DNA of 64,000 nucleotides from Azolla caroliniana (GCA_043228905.1 JBHGNT010000006.1:19902001-19966000), one strand, 5' to 3'; shown: positions 13,944-26,336, counted from the stretch's first letter. Translations and numbers: made by a program. Notes: generated from the letters alone by a model not told the origin.

Positions 13944-16928
13944 TTATATCCCCACACCCTTTCCTTGCTTATCCCAAGTAGCATATCTCTGCTTCATGGC
14001 TTCGATGTTTTCTGCCTCCTCGTGCAAGCCAGCACCCATATAAATATTAGCCATAAGCACATAGGCACCACTAAATGTGTTATCTATCTGCAGAACTTGA
14101 TCAAAAACCATCTTGCCAAGCTTCACATTTCCCCATTTTCTACAAGCACCCAATAGTGCAATCCAGACAGTCGGATTGTTAGAATGTGGCATAGCCTTAA
14201 TCACCGAGATTGCGTTATGGAAATGTCCAGTAAATCCAAAACCAACCACCATACATGTATGATGCCCTACATTTGGAATAATCCCATAGTCTCTAATCAT
14301 ATAACCAAAAAGCATTTGGGCTTCACACAATAGCCCAGATCGATTGCATGCAGTTAGAATACATAGGAGTGACACTTCATCAGGCAGCATCCCCTCGCTT
14401 TGCATCCTTCTGAAACAATCCATCGCTTCAAAACCTTGCCCTTGTTGTGCATACCCTGCTATTATTGTGTTCCAAGAGATTGCATTTCGAACTGGAAGCT
14501 CTTCAAGCACTTGTCGAGCTTTTGCAACCAGGTGGCATTTGACATACATATCCACTAAAGCGTTGCCAAGCACAATATCCTTATCCTTCTCTAGCAAACC
14601 CCTACATACAATCTCATCATGAATTTGCTTGCCCTTGTCTGTAGCTCCGATGCTGCCACATGCCTTCAAGGCACAAATGAAAGTAACATAATCTGGAACA
14701 AGACCCTCCTCTTCCATCCTTTCCAAACAATTCAATGCTTCATTACCTTGAAGTTGTTTTGCATAACCTCCAATCAACACATTCCATGAGACTACACTTC
14801 TTGCAGGGAGCTCTTTGAGCACTTCTTGTGCTTTCATAGGATTGCCACATTTAATGTACATATCTACCAAAGCATTACCAAGTGTAATATCTTTATCCAA
14901 TAATCCTCCACTTACAATCTCTTCATGAATTTCTTTTCCCTTCTCTATAACACCTGCATCACCACATGCCTTCAAGATGCATGTAAAAGTGATGGCGTCT
15001 GGAGAGAAACCCTCACTTCTCATCCTTTCAGCACATTTCAATGCTTCATGTCCTCTACACTGTTGGGTATACCCTGTAATAAGTGTAGACCAACCCACTA
15101 CATCTCGAGTTGGAAGTTCTTCAAGCACCTGTTGTGCCTTATCAACCACACCACATTTTGTGTACATTGCCACCAATGCATTACCAAGTGCAATATTCTT
15201 CTCTAGCAAATCCCTACTCATAATCTCATCATGGATTTGTTTACCCATATCAATAGATTTTGTGTTACCACAAGCTTTCAATAATGAAAGAAAGGTGACC
15301 ACATCTGGTGTGAGACCCTCTTTTTTCATTTGTTTGAAACAATTCATAGCTCCATCACCTTGTTCATACTGAGCATACCCTTCAATTAATGCATTCCATG
15401 TCACTACATTTTTTACAGGAAGCTCATTAAGGACCTGCTGTGCTTTAACAACCACACCACATTTGGCATACATATCTACCAAAGATGTTGCAAGAGTAAT
15501 ATCCTCTGGCAGAAAACCCCTATCTACAATTTCCTTGTGAATTTTCTTGCCTTCGTCTATAGCTCTTGCACTGCCAACAGCTTTCAAAATGCAAACAAAA
15601 GAGACTGCATCCGGACAGAGACCCTTTCTTTGCATTCGATCAAAACATTTTAGTGCTTCTTCCCATTGTCCTTGCTGAGCATAGCCTCCAATTAATGTAT
15701 TCCAAACAACTATGTTTTGAATCGGAAGCTCTTCAAGCACTCGTTGTGCTTTTTCCATGAAACCACATTTCGCATACATATCCACCAAAGCATTTCCTAG
15801 CACAAGGTCATCCTTCAGCAATCCCCTACTTACTATCTCCTCGTGAACTTGTATGCCTATACCTATAGTTCCTATCCTGCCACAAGCCTTCAAGATACAA
15901 GTGAAGGTTACAATATCCGGAGAGAGACCCTCCCTTTGCATCCTTTTCAAACAAATGAATGCATTATGACCTTGCCCTTGCTCGGCATATCCTGAAAGTA
16001 GAGTATTCCAAGACACTATATCTCGAGCATGAAGCTCTTCAAGGACTTCTTGTGCCTTCACAACCATACCAAATTTTGTGTACATATCTACCAAAGCATT
16101 GCCAAGTACAACATCCTTAGCCAGCAAGCCCCTACTCAAAATCTCATCATGAATTTGTTTGCCCTTGTCTATAGCTCCTAGACTGCCACAAGCTTTCAAA
16201 ATGCAAATGAAGGTAACCCCATCTGGAAATAGGTGCTCGCTTTGCATCTGCTCAAAACAGTTCAATGCTTTGTGACATTGGCCTTGTTCAGCATATCCTG
16301 TGATTAGTGCAGACCATGACACGACATCTCGAACAGGAAGCTCTTCAAGAACTTCTTGAGCTTTTGCAAGCAGACCACATTTGGCGTACATGGTCACTAA
16401 TGCAGTGCCCAGTACAATATCTTTCTTGAGCAAGCTTCTCTTTATAATCTCATCATGGATTTGTTTGCCTTTATCTATGTCCCTTATGCTGCCACCCGCC
16501 TTCAAGATGCAAGTGAAAGTGAACACATCTGGTGATAGGCCCTCATTTTGCATCCAATCAAAACAGTTCAGTGCTTCATGACTTCTCCCTTGTTGGGTGT
16601 ATCCAGAAATGAGTGCATTCCAAGAGACTATATCTCGAACAGGAAGTTCTTCAAGTACATCTTGCGCTTTTGAAAGTGCGTCGCATTTAGCATACATACT
16701 GATCAAACTACTGGCTAGATAAGGGTTTCTCTCAAGCAAACCCCTTTCAAGAATTTCAGCATGTAACATTGAGCCTTTATAGAGATCCTTCTTCCTCGCA
16801 CAAGCCTTGAGCGAGGCAACAAAAGTAAAAGTTTCCTTACTCTTTTCATAGCTCATTTCCTTATCATGCTTTTCATTTAGCTCTCCATGCATTGAAACCA
16901 TATTTGCTCCATTTCTCAGCACTTTCAC
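13944..16928 (-). CDS. PLS-class PPR protein with E domain (L-S-(P-L-S)x7-P2-L2-S2-E1-E2), organellar RNA-editing-type factor
   Basis: 994-aa ORF with regular VSWNALI..Y / TF..ILKAC / LGNALVDMY.KCG motifs and the E motif WIALLGACRKWGNV. The true start is uncertain (first ATG ~16901). Confidence 0.95.
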   Translation of the reverse strand: MKVLRNGANMVSMHGELNEKHDKEMSYEKSKETFTFVASLKACARKKDLYKGSMLHAEILERGLLERNPYLASSLISMYAKCDALSKAQDVLEELPVRDIVSWNALISGYTQQGRSHEALNCFDWMQNEGLSPDVFTFTCILKAGGSIRDIDKGKQIHDEIIKRSLLKKDIVLGTALVTMYAKCGLLAKAQEVLEELPVRDVVSWSALITGYAEQGQCHKALNCFEQMQSEHLFPDGVTFICILKACGSLGAIDKGKQIHDEILSRGLLAKDVVLGNALVDMYTKFGMVVKAQEVLEELHARDIVSWNTLLSGYAEQGQGHNAFICLKRMQREGLSPDIVTFTCILKACGRIGTIGIGIQVHEEIVSRGLLKDDLVLGNALVDMYAKCGFMEKAQRVLEELPIQNIVVWNTLIGGYAQQGQWEEALKCFDRMQRKGLCPDAVSFVCILKAVGSARAIDEGKKIHKEIVDRGFLPEDITLATSLVDMYAKCGVVVKAQQVLNELPVKNVVTWNALIEGYAQYEQGDGAMNCFKQMKKEGLTPDVVTFLSLLKACGNTKSIDMGKQIHDEIMSRDLLEKNIALGNALVAMYTKCGVVDKAQQVLEELPTRDVVGWSTLITGYTQQCRGHEALKCAERMRSEGFSPDAITFTCILKACGDAGVIEKGKEIHEEIVSGGLLDKDITLGNALVDMYIKCGNPMKAQEVLKELPARSVVSWNVLIGGYAKQLQGNEALNCLERMEEEGLVPDYVTFICALKACGSIGATDKGKQIHDEIVCRGLLEKDKDIVLGNALVDMYVKCHLVAKARQVLEELPVRNAISWNTIIAGYAQQGQGFEAMDCFRRMQSEGMLPDEVSLLCILTACNRSGLLCEAQMLFGYMIRDYGIIPNVGHHTCMVVGFGFTGHFHNAISVIKAMPHSNNPTVWIALLGACRKWGNVKLGKMVFDQVLQIDNTFSGAYVLMANIYMGAGLHEEAENIEAMKQRYATWDKQGKGVGI

Positions 16929-18924
16929 AACCTAAGAGGAACTCTGATACCTATCCATCCATAAGGACTCATATGTGATTATGTGTTTTAGAAAAATCTA
17001 CTGATCTACTCAAATTCTGTCTTAAATATAGGAATGGTTGCTCATTCGCTTCCTTTAATTTACTAGAATTGCATGAGAAGAAAGTAAAGTCATTCCAAAG
17101 AAGTATTGAGTTTGAGTTTGTGATGGATGCATGCCATTAAGAAGTGGTTTATAAGATTGGATCATTACAGTTTATGGTTGTTTGCTATGCCAACGTATCA
17201 TGGCTTGGGAGAAATACAGGGCTCACTCGTACACCAGATATGTTGCACCCAATCACCAAAACATCTTCTTCGAACGCAAAAATCACACACCCTTGCATTC
17301 TTAACTCCACTCACCTTACCTGCAATCCATATCGTTAATTCTGTTTGGCTAATGTCTCACTCTCTTTGATATGAGACAAGATGTTGAGCCCCTAGCAAGG
17401 CATCCCATCAATTGTGCAGTTTCTGCCTTGAAGAAATTTAGTGAGCATACATGTCACACTCTACCTGACTGCTCAGACTTCGATCACAATAGAGTTTGAT
17501 GTCTACACATATTCAGACATGATGTATCTGTGTGACGTTTCTCTCCCAGCCACAATGTCCTCTAGGCTCTCAATTGCTACTCATATTACAATTCTCAATC
17601 TTCGTATGCTGCATGTTAGCTCTGCACACGTTACATGAGAATGTTTCTTTAGATCCTATAAGTCATATTCAACCTCTACAATAAAATTTATCCATCTAAA
17701 TATCTTTGTTTTCTTTTCATTTTTTGATCGAGAAACACAACTTTCATTAGAGCTTGCTTTCCCCACGTTTTCAACCATGATCTATCCCTACACAGGTTTC
17801 TCTCCTGAGACACAATGTGGACACTCTATTGCAATGCTTATTAGTAAAATAAACAACAAACATTACATGAAAAATGTTTCCTTTGATCCAAAAAGTCATA
17901 TCTAGATTCCAATTACAATAATACAATCCATCTATCTATTACTTCATCTTCTCTTCCTCATACAAATACAAAAGCTTATATTAACCTATACCAATATCTC
18001 TTTGTCTCTGTCGAGCAGTTGGTTTAGCATTTTACACAATCACATCAAAGTCATAAAATTGAAAGAACCGAAGTTCAATCATCACCCCGAGCTCATCCCC
18101 ATCCCACAAATCACAATCACACTCCTGACAACATTACGAAGATGTTTACCTATCCATCTATCTCTCTCTAACGTGTTGAGGAGTCGACATAGAGCGGGCA
18201 GCAATGGAAACTGTGAGTACAAGAATACAAGGCATGTGGGCCATACCATCACCAGATCATGGAGATAATTGCTTTCCATATCCAATCCGCCCGAGGAGAG
18301 CCAAATGCACTTGGTGAACGTCATAATAGCCTTGCTCCACCACACCGATCAACTGTGGATACTATGTCCCCTCACCATTTCAACTCATACACATTAGTTA
18401 TGCATTTCATGGTTACAAATCATCTCCAGAATCATTTCACTGCATGCATTAAGATCATTATCATGAATCTACTAGATTTTTCTTTTTTTGTTTCAGTATT
18501 GGCAACATCATTTCACCATATTTGTGGTTTGTATTATAGGCCGACGTAGGCCTCTTGTAGGCATTTATACCTCTCTATCTATCTAGATCTTTGTCTCTAT
18601 CTCTATCTCTATCTATCTATATATCTCCCTATCTCTCTCAACATCAACCAAACAAACAAATTGTCCTGAACATCTCTCAATATAAGTGTTTCTGAACACA
18701 AAGATCTCACCTTGTTACGTCGAATTTTCTCGCCATTGCAGAGGATCCTTGAAGAATTCCTTCCAGAAGCGGACCATCCTTTCACAGGGACGATTCAAGC
18801 TCCCCTGTTTCGCCATAGCTAGAGGAGGAGGCCGACGCCATGGCCATGGCCAGATAGTCCATTCGGGTCCACGAACTATTGCATTTTTACAAAAATGGCC
18901 CTCCACTTATGCATTCTTTCAAAG

Positions 18925-19191
18925 CATAGTATAAACCATACGTAACATACGTGCATTCGCGCTCGATAATGTTTTTACAAACATTCGTGTATGGTAAACA
19001 CCCTCGAAGTATGGTAAATACCATACTTTTGTATTCCTTATTTATTATAAGGTAATGTTTTTTTTAAGGTAAGAAAATTAAGGTAAAAAGTGTAAAAAAA
19101 AAACATATGAATGTTTTGATAACATACGCATTCGTTTTCATTCTAATGAAAAGAATGTTTGCTAATGCATTATAGTATATTACGTACTATG
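18925..19191 (+). mobile_element. hAT-type MITE, copy 1
   Basis: TIR CATAGTA...TACTATG; perfect 8-bp TSD TTTCAAAG (18917-18924 and 19192-19199). Confidence 0.9.
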
Positions 19192-19534
19192 TTTCAAAGA
19201 GAGTGTGTATTATTATTGGTATGTATATGTTTATGTAGTTTTTTGAATTTCAGCTTCACACATGGTATATTGCCTTCCTAAGGCCTTTGACGGTAAAAGG
19301 CACCTTGCGGGGGGCATCATCCTAATCAGAGCAGGAAACACGTGTGAAGGCGGACAACTTCAGAGAGTCCAGACATGTCTTGCCTTGGTGGAAAATACAT
19401 CAGAACATGTTGTACCAATAGAGAGGTGAATCATGATGTAGCACATAAGACTAGTGGAGTGAGGCAAGGCAACCTGCTTTAGAGAGTCCACACTTATTGC
19501 CCTAGTGAAAATTTAGAGTTTGATATATGGCATC

Positions 19535-20322
19535 CATAGATTGACCCATGCGTAATATAAGTGGTATTCGACATCCGCAATATTCACGATATTCGAGAAT
19601 ATAAATCGGCCCCAAGAATATTATAAAACCATTCGTTTACATTTACATGTACACACCTAAATATATGATATATACATATTATATATACATACATACATAC
19701 ATATATGATATATACATATTATATATACATATACACACATACATATATGTGTATACACACACATATATCACTCATATATGTATATACACACATACATCAA
19801 TAATTAATTAACTCACTAATATATTAATTAATTAATTCACTTAAACATTAATTACTTTACTAATACATATCTTAATTCATCAAAAAATTAATTAATTAAT
19901 TGAAAAATATTAGTTAATTAATTAGGGCTTCTACTAAACTTAGGGTTTCAATGAAAGTCTGAGTTTGCGGCAGAGAACAAGATGTAGGATTAGAATAGAG
20001 CATGAGAGGGAGTCAAAGACGCGGGCTGAAAAGAAAGAAAATTGTTGAAACTAGGATTATGATAGAAATTAAGGTTTTCAGCCGAAACCCTAATTTCTTG
20101 GCCAAGAACAAGATGCAGAGGGAAGCGAGGGCAACACGCAGAGGGAGTAGGGTGAGGCTTCCTCGCTCGCTGCTCACTGTTCTCACATGGAAAAAATCGT
20201 TTTTTATTTTTTATTTTTTATAAAAAATTCAAAAAAAAAACGAATATATTTACATGCATTCATATTCCTATTCGTATGAATTCGTGGGGCAGGCCCCACG
20301 ATTGCGAAAATGTCAATCTATG
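19535..20322. mobile_element. Non-autonomous TIR element (hAT-like CATAG termini)
   Basis: 11-bp TIR CATAGATTGAC / GTCAATCTATG; flanks share GCATC; AT-rich microsatellite interior. Confidence 0.65.
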
Positions 20323-21488
20323 GCATCATATCCATCAAGGAAACATGTGGAGCCGACATAGCTGTTGTGGCATTTAATATCATCGGAGAACAACAAAATG
20401 GAGTGGATAACTTTGAATTCATATGCATTTTCCCTATCGATGTCAAATGAAAAGAGTCGATATGGCATGCAATTCTTGAAAGAGGGAATGAAGACATGAT
20501 CATCAATTGGGAATTTTTAGTGAAGATCATTTGTTATGAACTAAGGTGCCCAAGCTATGTTTGTCATACCTTCTACAAACATGATTGATTTGGAACATTC
20601 ATATCCACATTCCAAAATAATAGCTCTTGAATTCTCGTTAATGTTGAGTTTGAATATGGCAACGATGGATAGAATGTGGGGAGCAAACAATTTTAGAATA
20701 GAGGAAGTTATTCATTATCTTTACAAATTTGTTAGTTGTTCATGAATCTAGAAGAGGAACTAATTCATGTGGAGGGTTGAGACACAAATCATAAAGGCAC
20801 TCACCAAAGTTTGACTCTATCCAAAATGTCACCATTTTCAAATCGTGAATATAGCATATGTATATGCACATGTATATGTATATGTGCATGTGTATGCGTG
20901 TAATAAAATACAAATAAGAGAATACCCGAGTTACCACAAAATACTCAACAATACTCTCATTGATTTGATCTCATGATGTGCCTAGCTCGCTCGAGTATAG
21001 TTTTTTTTAATACAACCACTCATTGGTATATAAATATACATAGAGATGTGATTCTCAAGTCATCGGCGGAGGGAACAACCATCTTGGTGGCTGAAAATGC
21101 CAAAACCACTCCAATATTGTTAGCTCAAAGATATAGTTGTTTGCTCAACATCATCCACATTCGACGATCTTATGCCATGATCTTTGTTAGTATCCCATGT
21201 TTGTTTGTACTAGCATGGGAACCTAACATAACTATTCATGCAAGTTTCGCAATTTGGGAACTTATTAAGAAACAAAATGGTGATTGGTTAATGATTTATA
21301 CATATCGTTTGTTGACTACATCCTAATACTCCACTTAAAAGACCACATAAATGATAGAGGGAATGAACCTAATTCAACCACAACTTGCCTCCGTTATAAT
21401 AAACACAAAGAGCAAAAGGCCAACATAAATGCAATTTTTGTGGTTATGGAGGGTTGCAAAAACTAGCTCATCAATCGGAGAGAGTATA

Positions 21489-21489
<1 letters not shown>

Positions 21490-21545
<56 letters not shown>
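21490..21545. repeat. (CT)n microsatellite
   Basis: Directly visible. Confidence 0.95.
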
Positions 21546-21548
<3 letters not shown>

Positions 21549-22370
21549 GGGCATTCATACACATGTAATGCAAAGTATAGTGTAGCTAAAAAAGGAAGAA
21601 TCGGAAAAGTACATAAGGGATGAAGCCATTGAGGAACGCTAATAGGCAAATCATGTTACATTGGGGCCAAACACAAACATTTGTTCTAGACGAGATCACA
21701 CAAATTAGGGCAAAAAGCACTCATCACTGGTGTAATGCTATGCAATATGCATAAAATCGTCCAAAAGAATGCAAGATTGTAATTTATTTATTTATAAAGT
21801 ATCCCGTCATTAGTATAAAGAAATTTACATATAGATATGATTCTCAAGTGATCAGTGGAGGGAATGAATGACATCTTGGAGGTTTGAAAATGCCAAAAAA
21901 GACTACCATCTTTGAAGGACAAAAGTGGAGTATCTTTCCAGAGAATAATAAACTAGAGACATTGAACAACTTTAGTGGTTTAATCCCCAATAAGACAATC
22001 GCATTGTGTTTTTTAAGTATGGACCATGTCCAACCAAATGTTACGCACCACTTCAACTAGTGAGACCCTAACTTGATGGAAAATGGAAGAGCAACAAGCC
22101 TTCACGATGTAGGATATGGTGGTATTACTTCTTCCTAAAAACTACACGATCACTAAGGGTAGTACCGGAAGCAATCCGAAGAAAGTGTTGAAAGTATGGT
22201 TGAGAGACTCGGCATCATAATGGAACATAGAGTGGACAAATGATGTCCAAACCACCATTCCCCATGTGAATAACAATGGTGGAGTTGGCAAATATTTTTA
22301 GCAGATGTTTCCATACCAGATTGAAGACACATATAGCACACACACATGTGTGTGTGCGTGTGTATGTATG

Positions 22371-22407
<37 letters not shown>

Positions 22408-22935
22408 TGCGTTTATTTGCTACCAAATCATAATGAGGCATGACGAGGGAATCTTTGCCATGATGATGCAGGGCGTGTTTCCGAGAACACGTGCAATCTG
22501 CACTATCAGATCTTTATCCAAAAAAAGTGTACCATAAAAATTTTGATTTTTGGTAGACCGAGTAGCCCGATTGTGTGAATCTCAGTTGCCCAACTCGAAT
22601 TAGTAGCCCAACTCATAGAGGGAGCTCGAATCACAGGAGTAGCCCAACTAATTGGGAGAGCTTGACTTATAGTTGTATAATTGTATTCAACTAAAACCCT
22701 AATGTCTGTCATTTTTCTCACAAATTTGAAACAATGACGAAGGTTTTAGGAGGGAATAGGCCATCACCATCTACACCTGCCAATCACCTACACCTACACA
22801 TACACATGCATCTACATTGCCACCTACTCAGTTGGGAGGCATGTATATTATTGGCTTCTACTTTTGTTTACTACTTGAAAATTGTTTTGTGAAATTTATT
22901 GAGTGTTTGGAAATGGATGCTTAAAATGTTAAAAA

Positions 22936-23197
22936 TATAGTATGAAGCATACATACCATTCGTGCATTCGCATTCGCGAAAATTCTTATCATTCATGTAA
23001 GAAAAACACCCTTGAAGTATGGTAAATACCATACTTTTGCACTCATTATTTATTATAAGGTTTTTTTTTTAGGGCAAGAAAGTTAAGGTTTAAAAGTGTA
23101 AAAAAAAACACAAGAATGTTTTAATAACATAAACTTTTGTTTTCATACGTATGAAAACGAATGTTTGGGCTAACAAACACGAATATTACGTACTATA
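22936..23197 (+). mobile_element. hAT-type MITE, copy 2, nested in the MULE-like element
   Basis: Homologous to 18925-19191; TIR TATAGTA/TACTATA; TSD GTTAAAAA/GTTAAAAT (7/8). Confidence 0.85.
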
Positions 23198-23604
23198 GTT
23201 AAAATGTTCTTGAAAATGGTAATAGGGTTTAGATTCTTATGAATGTATACATATCGTGCATGCATTGGATGATTTCGGAATGGCTACATGTTGCATTTGA
23301 AAACTTTCATGATTTCTTAATATGCCTGCATGTTTCTAAATCAATTAGGTTTTAGATTTGCGTGGTTTTTGAAGTTGATACATAATTATTTGTATTTGGC
23401 CTTGCTTGTATAGATGGCTGCCAGGTCCAAAGAGTTCCTAGAGTTTGATGTTTATTGGGGTGAAAGACGACGCGGTGAAGGGAGGTATGGCACTTTCGAC
23501 TCGTGGGAGCTTTCCACGCCCAAGGGCCTTTGAGTTCATTAATAATCACGCCCTCATAGTCCTTATGTCCTCCCTAGTCCAAGGTCCCCGTGATTCCACA
23601 CAAG

Positions 23605-24995
23605 TAGCACATGCACACACATTTACACGACAACGGTGTTTGGAATGATCTCTTACTTTTTGTTTTACATCGAGAAGTTGATTTGAGTGTGGAAGTTTTA
23701 TATATCTAAAACTCAAAAAATTTCATGGAGATTTTTTTTCTAGAGTTAAAAGTTTTTTGAAGTTTTTGATGTAAGGCTTCGAGTCGAGCTACTGCATTGA
23801 CAGGGTCAGGCTATTGTTTCGAGTCAAGCTACTGCACTAAGCTGGTCGGGCTACTATAATCAAAGAGTCAGGCTACTACCTTGATAGGGTCAGGCTATTG
23901 TTTCAAGTCAGGCTACTGCATTAAGCTGGTCGGGCTACTATAATCAAAGAGTCAGGCTACTACCTTGATAGGGTCAGGCTATTGTTTCAAGTCAGGCTAC
24001 TGCATTAAGCTGGTCGGGCTACTATAATCAAAGAGTCAGGCTACTACCTTGATAGGGTCAGGCTATTGTTTCAAGTCAGGCTACTGCCTTGAGCTGGTCG
24101 GGCTACTGTAATAAAAGAGTAGCACACACACACACATTTACACAACAACGGTGTTTGGAATGATCTCTTACTTTTTGTTTTACATCGAGAAGTTGATTTG
24201 CGTGTGGAAGTTTTATATATCTAAAACTCAAAAAATTTCATGGCAGATTTTTTTTCTAGAGTTAAAAGTTTTTTGAAGTTTTTGATGTAAGGCTTCGAGT
24301 CGAGCTACTGCATTGACAGGGTCAGGCTATTGTTTCGAGTCAAGCTACTGCACTAAGCTGGTCGGGCTACTATAATCAAAGAGTCAGGCTACTACCTTGA
24401 TAGGGTCAGGCTATTGTTTCAAGTCAGGCTACTGCATTAAGCTGGTCGGGCTACTATAATCAAAGAGTCAGGCTACTACCTTGATAGGGTCAGGCTATTG
24501 TTTCAAGTCAGGCTACTGCCTTGAGCTGGTCGGGCTACTGTAATAAAAGAGTAGCACACACACACACATTTACATGACAACGGTGTTTGGAATGATCTCT
24601 TACTTTTTGTTTTACATCGAGAAGTTGATTTGCGTGTGGAAGTTTTATATATCTAAAACTCAAAAAATTTCATGGCAGATTTTTTTTCTAGAGTTAAAAG
24701 TTTTTTGAAGTTTTTGATGTAAGGCTTCGAGTCGAGCTACTGCATTGACAGGGTAGGCTATTGTTTTGAGTCAAGCTACTGCATTAAGCTGGTCGGCTAC
24801 TGTAATCAAAGAGTTAGGCTACTACCTTGATAGGGTCAGGCTATTGTTTCAAGTCAGGCTACTGCCTTGAGCTAGTCGGGCTACTGTAATAAAAGAGTTG
24901 GGCTACTGCATTGACAGGGTCAAGCTATTGTTTTGAGTCCGGCTACTACCTTGAGCAGGTTGGGCTATTGTAATCAAAGAGTAGAGCTATTGGTG
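23605..24995. repeat. Hierarchical tandem array: ~430-520 bp higher-order units containing 84-bp units built from ~21-bp GGCTA(C/T)T subunits
   Basis: CACACACATTTACA...CGGTGTTTGGAATG starts at ~23614, 24130 and 24562; GGGTCAGGCTATTG recurs every ~84 bp (23803, 23887, 23971, 24055). Confidence 0.95.
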
Positions 24996-25189
24996 ATAGA
25001 GGTTGTTAGAGTCAGGGTATCAAAAACACGCGCACTTTTTTAGATAAAAGATCTGACGGTGCCATATTGCACGGACCCTCGGAAACGCGTCCTGCACAGT
25101 CCGTGGTCATGATTCCCTCGTAGGCCTCGTTATGATTTGGTAGCAAATAGGGACGACCACATGGTATGATATGTATGTATGTGTGACAG

Positions 25190-25787
25190 AACGCTTCACC
25201 ATCGTCGACCCACTATGGGTGCAGCTACACCAGCAGGCAATGAAGGAGCAAGACATCCTTAAGAAAGTTGCGCAATGTGAGATTACGTTCATTCCGATCG
25301 TGCTTGATGGGCATTGGAACTTGTGGTTCACCATGCGACAACAAGCTTCTAAGCTAACTAGCAAAGTAGTCTTCTGCGATCCATTGAACAGACCAGCAAC
25401 AGACAACATGCGGAGAATGGCAGAGTTGGCGATTCGGACAATTTCATCTGAACCGTCAGACCACACCATTGTGCCCAATGGTCGACATCAGGTACTGCAC
25501 ATCCCAACACAGCCAAATTGTTGGGATTGTGGCTTTTATGTGATGAAGACTATCCAAATGTTGGTGAGGGAGTTCTTAGAAGGATGGATATCTTCGACTT
25601 TTGTAAGTGTAATTGCAATTCCTTGTTCATGTGGATTGTGTATAGATGTGTTCTTATACATATTTGGTTACAGGGCACAGAGATGTGGTTCACCAAACGC
25701 GAAGTGGATTCACTTCGGATTCATGTGGACGAGTGGGCACGATCGGTATTAGGATTTGCACCTGCGACCGGTGGCTCCATATTGTAA
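25190..25787 (+). CDS. Ulp1/C48 SUMO-protease-like fragment carried by the MULE (5'-truncated; intron ~25603-25673)
   Basis: Catalytic signatures GHW, FCDPL and QPNCWDCGFYV; GTAAGT donor and TTACAG acceptor; last exon reads ...EMWFTKREVDSLR. Confidence 0.75.
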
Positions 25788-25895
25788 ATTTTGGGAATGT
25801 TGTTTTCAGCACAGATTTGGCTATAGAGCTGATGTTGTAACTATATTTTGGAATCCCCAAAAATTTTGTATAGTGAGAATCGACTCATTGTATAT

Positions 25896-26312
25896 CGCGA
25901 TTACTTATTAATGGAAATGTTGTTTACAACAATTATTTATCTCAATCTGAATGTATTTATCTCAATCTGAATATTGTGGATGATCTGAATGTATGGTTTT
26001 AAACCAATCGCAAGTTGTGGTATTGTAAACGCGATTACTTGTTAATGGAAATGTTGTTCCCAACAATTATTGTGGATGTTCTGAATGTATGGTTTTAAAC
26101 CAATCGCAAGTTGTGGTATTGTAAACGCGATTACTTGTTAATGGAAATGTTGTTCCCAACAATTATTGTGGATGTTCTGAATGTATGGTTTTAAACCAAT
26201 CGCAAGTTGTGGTATTGTAAACGCGATTACTTGTTAATGGAAATGTTGTTCCCAACAATTATTGTGGATGTTCTGAATGTATGGTTTTAAACCAATCGCA
26301 AGTTGTGGTATT
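25896..26312. repeat. 96-bp tandem repeat (~4 copies)
   Basis: CGCGATTACTT starts at 25896, 26030, 26126 and 26222. Confidence 0.95.
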
Positions 26313-26336
26313 GCCCAAACCTTTTAAAATTAATTA

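Larger units (their letters stand above)
22414..25149. mobile_element. Non-autonomous MULE-like element with ~120-bp TIRs and GGCTACT subterminal repeats
   Basis: 22414-22530 (TATTTGCTACCAAATCATAA...GATCTTTATC) is the inverted copy of 25034-25149. AGTAGCCC motifs at the left end mirror GGGCTACT motifs at the right. Confidence 0.8.
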
